Part shown: in pieces, positions 54,286-64,000 of the stretch
Layout: every line of letters starts with the position of its first letter
Numbering within the stretch: the first letter of the stretch is position 1
DNA from: Eledone cirrhosa
Lineage: Eukaryota
Direction of reading: 5' to 3'
Length of the DNA: 64,000 nucleotides
NCBI GenBank assembly: GCA_964016885.1
Contig: OZ024743.1
Span: forward strand, 323,764,001-323,828,000
Notes under the pieces: model-generated
What the model was told of the DNA's origin: nothing
The model's database searches: none
What the model saw: only the letters and a program-made list of their open reading frames with translations
Translations under genes and position numbers: made by a program

Positions 54286-57200
54286 AATGACCATGTTGTA
54301 AAATGGAGGGGTAGAGAGGGCCCTTGAGTCTAGTAAGACATCCTCTCTAGTGCTGGTTGCGCAAATAAAAGAACCCAGTCCATGCTGTAAAGTGGCGCTG
54401 GTGTTAGGAAGGGCATCCAACCAGTGTATCAATGCCAAAACGCTTATCAGCACAGCAACAAGTATATAGGAACAACAACAAAATATGAAGACGTCGCATC
54501 TTAGAGTTGCAACACTTAATGTTGGCACTCTCAGAGGTAGATCTGCTGAAATAGCGGAGGTGCTGGAGAGAAAGCAGGTGGATGTGTGCTGCGTGCAAGA
54601 GGTGAGATGGAGAGGTGCCTCTGCAAGACTAGTCGTAGGCAAATGTCTTAGCTATAAGCTATTCTGGGTAGGTAAGGATGATGGGTTACGGGGAGTAGGC
54701 ATTTTCCTGGCTGAGAAATGGATCAATAAGACAATAGAGGTAGTTCGAGTTAGTAATCGAATAATTAAGCTTAGATTAGTTGTAGGCAGGAGACTACTGA
54801 CAATCATCTCGGCCTATGCTCCCCAAGCAGGCCTAGGCAAAGATGAGAAAGACTGCTTTTAAGAGCAACTTTTACAAACAACCGCAATGACAGAAGACGG
54901 AGATATCGTTATGCTAGCAGGAGACTTCAATGGTCATGTTGGACAGCTCCAGGATGGTTACACTGGGGTACATGGTGGGCACGGTTATGGCTCAAGAAAT
55001 GAAGAAGGAGTGTGACTTCTTGAATTTTGTGATGCAGGTACATTGACTATTTGCAACACAAACTTCCAGAAACCTGCCAATCACCTAATAACCTACAAAT
55101 CTGGTGAGCAGATAAGCCAGATTGACTTCTTACTAGTTAGGCAGCGGGACAGGCAGATAGTGTCTAATACCAAGGCATACCCTGGGGAAGAATGTACCCC
55201 ACAGCATAGGTTAGTTGTTAGTGATATCTCAGTAAGCAAGAGATGGAATGAGACATATAGGAAGGTGTGGAGAAGAAAGGTCTGGAAGCTAAAAGACCTT
55301 TCACTAAAATACAAATTTAGAAAGATGTATGAGACGAAAAAGAAGACGATTTAGAGACGTATGACATAGATAATAACTGGAATTTCTTACGTGACAACTT
55401 GCTACAGGCTACTGATGAAACTTGTGGCTGGAGCAGAGCTCCAACCAGACAGAGAGTGACCTGGTGGTGGAACAGCACAGTAGATAAGGCTATTAGAGAC
55501 AAAAGACTAGCATGGAAGGCTTGGAAAAAGGGTGGGAGTAGGGAAGAATATACAGCCACTAAGATAGAAGCTAAACGTCAGGTGTACTTAGCACGCAGGG
55601 AGGCAGAGAGTAGGAGGTTTGCCAATGCTCTGCGACGGGAAGATCAGAGGCGTGCGGTGTTCCACATTGCAAGGCAGTGTGTCAATTTAAATCAGGATGT
55701 TGTTGGAGATAAATGTGTCCGGGATGATGCCGGTGTACTTAGTGTCACGAATGATCAGAAAAAGGAGGCCTGGAAATGTCATTATGAGAGACTGATGAAT
55801 GTGGAGAACAAATGGGAGAGAGAGAAATTACCCTTGGTAGATCCGACAGAGGGACCAGCTTTTGAGATTGACGAATATAGGGTCCAAGTGGCGATTAGGG
55901 AAATGAAAAATGGTAAGGCTGCTGGACCATCGGGAATAGTTGCTGAGATGCTGAAGGCATCAGGGGACGTAGGCACTAAACTGATTGCACACATCATCAA
56001 TCAGGCTATATATGGTGGTGTCATACCCAATGACTGGTGCAGCAGTATTCTCATAAATTGCTACAAAGGTAAAGGGGATGCTCTGGAGGGGAGCAATTAT
56101 AGGGGTATAAAACTGATAGATCAGGTTATGAAAGTGGCAGAAAGGATTTTAGTACAACTAATTAGAGAAAGGGTCAAACTAGATGAGATGCAGTTTGGTT
56201 TTGTGCCTGGGAAGAGTACAACAGATGCCCTCTTCTTGGTGAGACAATTGCAAGAGAGGTTCTTAGAGAAGAATAAGCCACTATACTTAGCCTTTGTTGA
56301 CCTAGAGAAGGCCTTTGATAGGGTACCCCGATCTGTCATCTGGTGGTCCCTAAGGAAGCTAGGTGTTGAGGAATGGCTTGTGAGGACAGTGCAAACTTTG
56401 TACAGAGGTACTCTCAGTAAAGTCAGGGTAGGAATGGAGTTTAGTGAGGAATTCCAGATACAAGTAGGAGTACATCAGGGTTCGGTCCTCAGCCCGCTCT
56501 TGTTCATTATAGTCCTCCAAGCCATAACAGAGGAGTTTAAGACTGGCTGTCCATGGGAACTTCTCTATGCTGACGATCTGGTTCTTATAGCAGAATCATT
56601 CGAGGAGCTAGAGAATAAATTCTGGCTATGGAAACAGCAGTTGGAAGCAAGAGGACTGAGAGTGAACCTAGCTAAGACAAAAGTGTTGATGAGTAGAAAA
56701 GAGGACAAAACCCTGATTCCGTCAGGGAAATGGCCATGTTCGATATGCAGAAAAGGAATTGGCATAAATTCTATAAAATGCACACAATGCAGATCCTGGG
56801 TACACAAGAGATGTAGCGGGATAGCAGGCAAACTAACAGGTAGGGAGAAATATGTATGCAGTAGATGTACAGGGAAATTAGACAGTAGAAGTCGCATTGA
56901 TAGACACATTTTTCAAATGCAGAAGGGCGCTATAGAAGTGGTGGATAGCTTCCGGTACCTAGGAGATCAGATTAGCATGGGAGGAGGTTGTTCCGAGGCC
57001 ATAGTATCTAGAATAAGGACGGGTTGGAAGAAGTTTAGGGAGCTGCTTCCTCTGTTGACGAAGAAGGGTTTCTCCCTGCGTACGAAAGGCCGGTTGTATG
57101 ATGCCTGTGTGAGGAGCGCAATGCTGCATGGTAGTGAGACAAGGGCAACAACTGCAGAGGATATGCGACGGCTGGAGAGAAATGAGGCAAGCATGCTCCG

Positions 57201-57560
57201 TTGGATGTGCAGTGTAAATGTGCGTGAACGACCCAGCATAAATGTGTTGAGAGAGAAACTGTGTCTGAGAGGGATAGAATGTAGTGTACGGGAGAGGAGA
57301 CTGAGGTGGTATGGACACGTGATGCGCATGGAGGATGACCGATGGGTGAAGAAGTGCCAGGAAATGCCAGTTGAAGGAAGACGTGGTAGAGGTAGACCAC
57401 AAAAAACATGGGCGGAGGTGGTGAGAACAGACCTGAAATCATTGAAGCTCACGGTGGAGATGACGAGGGACCGTGACGAGTGGAGAGATGCTGTGCTGAA
57501 TAAGACCCGTCCCACCCTTGCAAGCAGGGAAAAGCGGACGTAAAATGATGATGATGATGA
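54286..57560 (+). mobile_element. RTE LINE subfamily C, apparently full length, endonuclease region disrupted
   Basis: 5' UTR; ATG at 54485 (MKTSHLRVATLNVGTLRG); in-frame stops at about 54860 and 55013; frameshift at about 55340; 714-aa RT ORF 55399-57543; tail directly after the stop. Confidence 0.96.
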
Positions 57561-57571
57561 TATATATATAT

Positions 57572-57698
<127 letters not shown>

Positions 57699-57726
57699 TG
57701 TATATATATATATATATGGTGTGTAT

Positions 57727-58071
57727 GGAGGCACATGGCTTAGTGGTTAGAGCATTGGCCTTGCAATCGAAAGGTTGTGAGTTCAATTCTCAGACCGGGT
57801 GGTGTGTTGTTTCCTTGAGCAAGACACTTTATTTCACATTGCTCCAGTTTACTCAGCTGTAGAAATGAGATGCTAGGGACTGAGGTCCTTATCATTCCAC
57901 TGCAAAGTGGTCGTGTAGGTGCCACGGCAAAAAAGCACCCAGCACTCACTGTAAATGAGGTTGGTGTTAGGAAGGGCATCCAGCTGTAGAAATCAAGCCA
58001 GTATCAGTTCCCGTCCCACCCTTGCAAGCAGGGAAAAGCGGACGAAAATGAAATGATGAAAATGAAATGAT
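57727..58071 (+). mobile_element. tRNA-derived RTE-tailed SINE
   Basis: Same family as 45133-45465; flanked by (TA)n. Confidence 0.9.
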
Positions 58072-58117
58072 GTATATATATATATATGGTGTATATATAT
58101 ATATATATATATATATG

Positions 58118-58162
<45 letters not shown>

Positions 58163-58172
58163 TATATACATA

Positions 58173-59711
58173 TGTCGACCTTGAGAAAGCCTTTGACAGA
58201 GTTCCACGTGCAGTAATCTGGTGGGCTCTTAGAAAACTAGGAGTAGATGAATGGCTTGTGAAAGCGGTACAAGCCATGTATAGGGGAGCCGTCAGCAAAG
58301 TTAGGATTAGCAATGAGTATAGCGAGGAATTTAGCGTACAGGTTGGGGTCCACCAGGGCTCTGTTCTTAGCCCTCTCCTGTTCATCATAGTCCTGCAGGC
58401 AATAACGGAGGAGTTTAAGACCGGATGCCCATGGGAACTCCTGTATGCTGATGACCTCGCACTCATAGCTAAATCTATGGTAGAACTAGAGAATAAATTC
58501 CAAACCTGGAAGCAGGGACTAGAGAGAAAGGGCCTCAAAGTCAACATGACAAAGACTAAGGTCCTTATAAGTAGACGAGAAAACAGAACCCAGATCCCCT
58601 CAGGGAAATGGCCTTGCTCAGTATGTAGGAAAGGTGTAGGTAGGAACTCCATTCTCTGCCCCAAATGCAAACAATGGGTACACAAGAGATGTAGCGGGAT
58701 CTCAGGAAGCTTAATTAAGAATGTAGGATTCACATGCAGCAGCTGCGCTGAAACAGCAAGCAAACAGCCACAGGAAACAAGTACCACCAATCTCTGGGAG
58801 GGCCCTGTAGAAACAGTAGACAGCTTCTGCTACCTAGGTGACCGAATTAGCAACGGAGGTGGGTGCTCAGAAAGTACAATAACTAGGGTAAGAAGGGGAT
58901 GGAAGAAGTTTAGGGAACTACTACCACTGCTAGCTGCAAAAGGCTTCTCCCTCAGAATGAAAGGCAGACTGTATGATGCGTGTATCCGAACAGCGATGTT
59001 GCATGGTAGTGAGACCTGGGCGCTGAAGGTGGAAGACTTACGTAGATTAGAGAGAAACGAAGCCTGCATGCTCCGATGGATGTGTAACAGTAATATACGT
59101 GAACGACAAAGCATAAAGGAATTGAGAGAGAGACTGAGCATAAGAGGAATCAAATGCTGCGTGCAGGAGAGGCGGTTACGCTGGTATGGACATGTGATGC
59201 GTATGAAGGATGACAGCTGCATAAAAAGGTGCAGAGCACTAGAAGTTGATGGAAACCGCGGAGTGGGGAGACCCAAGATGACTTGGGATGAGGTGATAAA
59301 AGCCGACCTTACCCAACTACACCTCTCAAAGTCAATGACACACGACCGTGACTTCTGGCGTCACGCAGTAATACAGGGTACCTGACCTCCCATGGGTACA
59401 TGCTGAAGCATATAAACAATATGCCCCCACTCCCCCCACCGCAAGGTGGTCGTGGAGGTGCCACGGCAAAAAAGCACCCAGCCCACACTGTAAAGTGGAC
59501 GTGTAGGCGCCACGAAAAAGCACCCAGCACTCACTGTAAATGAGGTTGGTGTTAGGAAGGGCATCCAGCTGTAGAAATCAAGCCAGATCAGTTCCTGTAT
59601 GAGCAAGGCATGGTCAGCCGACCAGACACTGCCTACAACAGGACAACCCGTCTAACCCATGCTAGCGTGGAAGAACGGACGTAAAACGGTGATGATGATG
59701 ATGATGATGAT
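58173..59711 (+). mobile_element. RTE LINE subfamily B, 5'-truncated
   Basis: Starts at VDLEKAFD; ORF 58258-59385 with YADD and YLG; distinct 3' UTR ending ...aaaacggtgatgatg. Confidence 0.95.
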
Positions 59712-59744
59712 ATATACATATACATATATACATATATATATATT

Positions 59745-59844
59745 CAGGGTGTTCCCCCAAAATGTCTAAACACTTCAACAGCATTCTAATAAATATTGCC
59801 TGTACAGGTAATCAAAGTGTGTATACATTTTTTTGGGACCCCTG
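59745..59844. mobile_element. Short Tc1/mariner-type MITE
   Basis: cagggtgttcccccaaaatgt ... acattttttt-gggacccctg followed by ta. Confidence 0.55.
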
Positions 59845-59945
59845 TATATTATCACCGCTTTATGTCCATTCTTCCATGCTAGCGTGGATTAGACGAGTTG
59901 TCCTGTTGTGGGCAATGCCAGGTTAGGTGGCCTTGTGTTGCTCAT

Positions 59946-60543
59946 ATATCTTTCCACTGGAAATTCTTTGAATTTCCAATCTTTTGATAAGCGAAACCGT
60001 CGATCATGACACTAGAAGAGGTAAATATTTAAATTGTATTTTAATTTATTTAAAAGATTGTTTAATGTTTACTTGTTCTGCACATATTTACAGTTCTGGT
60101 ATCTCAAATTAGTACCATAGAACAACCACTATTATAGACACCATATATATTTCCGTGGGTACTTAGTACCTACTGGGATATCTATATCATTTATCTGAAT
60201 TCTCCTTAATATAGAGAAAAAAATGTTGTATCATGCTGCTATTTCTAGTAACATGAAATATCAACGAGTCTATAATTCCCACTTTTTCTAACGGCCCATT
60301 TGTGTGTGGGTCATTTTAACAGCTTGATTCATTCACCGGGCAGAAGGTGATACATCAACATCTACGTGGATTTATGTCTAGTAGATTTGGAAAAACTATC
60401 TGAACAGCTATATCTTTCCATTGGAAATTCTTTGAATTTCCAATCTTTTGATTAGCGAAACCATCGGTCATGGCACTAGAAGAGGTAAATATTTAAATTG
60501 TATTTTAATTTATTTAAAAGATTGTTTAATGTTTACTTGTTCC
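59946..60543. repeat. About 135-bp direct duplication (59946-60079 and 60409-60542)
   Basis: tatctttcca.tggaaattctttgaatttcc...gtttaatgtttacttgttc occurs twice. Confidence 0.85.
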
Positions 60544-60544
60544 G

Positions 60545-60598
<54 letters not shown>

Positions 60599-61488
60599 TA
60601 TGTATGTATACGTACATACATATATGTATACAGACGTACAGTAGCATGCATAAATTCAGGCTGTTCGCTTTGTTGACAAACAAACGAACAAAGCGGCCGG
60701 CGTTATAATAAACGCCGGCTAAACTGATGCGTGCATATATGTATGTGTACCTGTATGCATATGTGTATATATATATATATGCATGCTACTGTACGTCTGT
60801 ATACATATATGTATGTACGTATACATACATACTTACATTTAAGTAAGTGCCATACTAAGAGTGAGAAATGAAATTTCGTTTTCATTTTTTTCAACTTATA
60901 TATATATATATATATATTATACAAATTGAAGGCCAAGAAGGCTGAACTCTTTTAAAAAATACTTTTAGTTCTAAACATTCACTCTCTCCCTCTCACACAC
61001 AACTATACTGACGCATACACTCAAACACACATTCATTCACATGCACAAGCATAAATTAATTTACTCACAGATGCACATATTGGTGTAGCTGGTTGATAGT
61101 GCAAGTGGAGCTAATGGTGGTGATGGTGGTAGTAAGAACAATGATGATAGTGGTGGTGGTGGTAAGAACTATGATGGTGGTGGTGGTAAGAACTATGATG
61201 ATCTTGGTAAAATCTACATCTAAATGTTTGCATACTAGAATGCAGTGGTTGGTGGGGTGTGATAATGTATCCCATCCCACACCCATCATTACACATACAC
61301 ACATACATTCATACAGACACACAACTACTCACCCATCTCAACATGTGTGAATATATACAGAGACAATGAGACTGATGAAAATAAACACAAAAATAAGAGA
61401 AACTAGAGTGGGTGGGGAGGCAATGGTGAACAGAAGGGGTGGGGGTGAAAAGAGAGGGTGGGATGTGGAAAGAGAAGGGAATAGAGGA

Positions 61489-61489
<1 letters not shown>

Positions 61490-61576
<87 letters not shown>

Positions 61577-62620
61577 AGGCACAATTACAGGGCCTGCAGA
61601 GTTTTTTCTTCCCAAATATACAAACAACAACACCACCACCAACACCATTAACACCACTAATAGCAACAGAAGTACCACCACCACCACCACCACTAACAGC
61701 AACAGAAGTACCACCACCACCAACACCACCAACAGAAGTACCAACACCACCACTAACAGCAACAGAAGTACCACCACCACCACCACCACTAACACCACTA
61801 ACAGCAACAGAAGTACCACCACCACCAACACCATTAACACCACTAACAGCAACAGAAGTACCACCACCACCACCACCACTAACACCACTAACAGCAACAG
61901 AAGTACCACCACCACCAACACCACTAACACCACTAACAGCAACAGAAGTACCACCACCACCACCACTAACACCACTAACAGCAACAGAAGTACCACCACC
62001 ACCAACACCACCACCACCACTAACAGCAACAGAAGTACCACCACCACCAACACCATTAACACCACTAACAGCAACAGAAGTACCACCACCACCACCAACA
62101 CCACTAACACCACTAACAGCAACAGAAGTACCACCACCAACACCACCACTAACAGAAGTACCACCACCACCACTAACAGCAACAGAAGTACCACCACCAC
62201 CACTAATAGCAACAGAAGTACCACCACCACCACCACCACTAACAGAAGTACCACCACCACCACTAACAGCAACAGAAGTACCACCACCACCACTAATAGC
62301 AACAGAAGTACCACCACCACCACCACCACCACTAACAGCAACAGAAGTACCACCACCACCACTAACAGCAACAGAAGTACCACCACCACCACTAATAGCA
62401 ACAGAAGTACCACCACCACCACCACCACCACTAACAGCAACAGAAGTACCACCACCACCACTAACAGCAACAGAAGTACCACCACCACCACTAACAGCAA
62501 CAGAAGTACCACCACCACCAACACTAATACCACTAACAGCAACAGAAGTACCACCACCACCAACACTAATACCACTAACAGCAACAGAAGTACCACCACC
62601 ACCAACAACACCATCACTAG
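61490..62620. repeat. (GA)n at 61490-61573 followed by a minisatellite of (cca)n-ctaacagcaacagaagta units at 61625-62620
   Basis: Seen directly. Confidence 0.95.
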
Positions 62621-63057
62621 CACAAACAACAACACTAATGACACCACCACCAACAATAACATCACTGACATTACCCTCAACACCACTACCACCATCAACA
62701 ACAACACCATCATTGACACCATCACTAGCACAAACAACACCAATGACATCATCACCACTACTAACAACAACTAAAATTGCTAACGACCCATTTATCTATG
62801 CTAATTACGCAGAAACATGGAAAAATCTGCATATGATTAGTATATTAGGAGCTTCGTTAGAATATAAATATTATTATCACTGAATTATAATGTAATATAA
62901 ATAGAATTACAACAACACAAAATTCAGAGACAACAAGAAATGAATACATAATGTAGAAAGAATGAATAATGGGATGAAAGAGTGTGTATGTGTAAGCATG
63001 TATATTAAAATTGACTTGAGTCACTAGGTGGAGTTTGTTTTAATATGCATGCACACA

Positions 63058-63093
<36 letters not shown>

Positions 63094-63840
63094 CACTAAA
63101 TAGGGCTGTACAATTTTCACACATACATAAATTAGGATGTTATTAAAATATATAAAATGGATGCTCAACTTTATGTATATACTTCAAATATAGGGCAAGA
63201 TTAGGGTCTCACATCTTAGAAATGAAACATTATGGACAAAGGAATGCAAAAAGTGGTGAGCCACTATTTTGGAGAGGACCAGTTCAACTCATGGAAGCAT
63301 GGAAAAACAAAAATAATGATGACTGTTACAGGGGGTATTCCAAAGAAGTGTTCAATTTAAACAATGTGCATTTATCTGAAAACTTCATTTATTAGATCCA
63401 AGGTATACATGTGACAAGCTAACTATAAACTTTCTTCTTTATCTTGAGTTCTTTATCAATTAATATATCATGATTTCATACTGGCATTGATGGTTGGTTG
63501 GGGATTACACACATGTGCCTTGCCTAATGCAAACTACATTTACAATGTGGGTTGGGTGCTTTTTGTTGTGATTCCTACATGACCACTTTACAGTGTGGGC
63601 TGAGTGCTTTTTGCTGTGTCACTATCATGACCACATATATATAAATATATATACATATATATAATCATCATCATCATTTTTTAACATTCACTTACCCAGC
63701 TATCAAGGGTTAGTTTTCACCAACTGGGTCAATTCTGAAGTGGGATTACTAACCTCCCTGACAGACAGGTGATGTAAATCTCTCTTACATACGGTCCCAT
63801 GTTCTACTAAGCGCATTTTCGTAGCACCAACACTATATAT

Positions 63841-63895
<55 letters not shown>

Positions 63896-63899
<4 letters not shown>

Positions 63900-64000
63900 A
63901 GAAAGTATGACCCCGACGGCAGAGCTCAAGCCGTTTCAATGGCTATTTCAGGACTGGTGCGTTATGGTCCATCTGGTTCCTTACCACAACTCCTTCGTTA
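63896..64000 (+). mobile_element. Hairpin element copy, internally collapsed
   Basis: gaccccgacggcagagctcaagccgtttc followed by ctggtgcgttatggtccatctggttccttaccac. Confidence 0.65.

Noticed and set aside
57727-57800. tRNA gene
   Set aside because: The tRNA-like head continues into a SINE body in every copy and has no proper acceptor stem.
61366-62883. 505-aa Pro/Thr-rich mucin- or extensin-like ORF
   Set aside because: Built from (GA)n and a triplet-based minisatellite, open on both strands, with no signal peptide or splice support. It cannot be fully excluded without RNA data.
63665-63830. Possible SH3 exon (gtaagt donor-like site at about 63690, minus strand)
   Set aside because: No SH3 motifs (ALYDY, WW, GYIPSNY) were found. 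The sequence resembles a decayed RTE 3' end with a (tga)n tail.

Overview
AT-rich, repeat-dense animal genomic DNA. The SINE and RTE complement resembles coleoid cephalopod (octopus-like) genomes; this assignment is an inference. One protein-coding gene is reconstructable on the minus strand: seven GT-AG exons (40165 to 13073) encoding the SH2 domain, linker and kinase domain of a Src-family tyrosine kinase. Its SH3 and N-terminal exons were not found and probably lie beyond 64000. The reading frame is intact, but the kinase has HRD->HRN, DFG->GFG, activation-loop Tyr->Phe and no C-terminal regulatory Tyr, so it is an apparent Src-family pseudokinase/adaptor. The introns hold three subfamilies of RTE-clade LINEs with a PHD finger inside the RT domain and their partner tRNA-SINEs, piled into (TA)n tracts at 40-60 kb. 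They also hold TTAA- and TA-flanked MITEs, many mini- and microsatellites, an intact-looking type I hammerhead ribozyme, and a family of (TA)n-embedded hairpin elements that look like hammerhead fold-backs. All translations, alignments and folds were done by eye.
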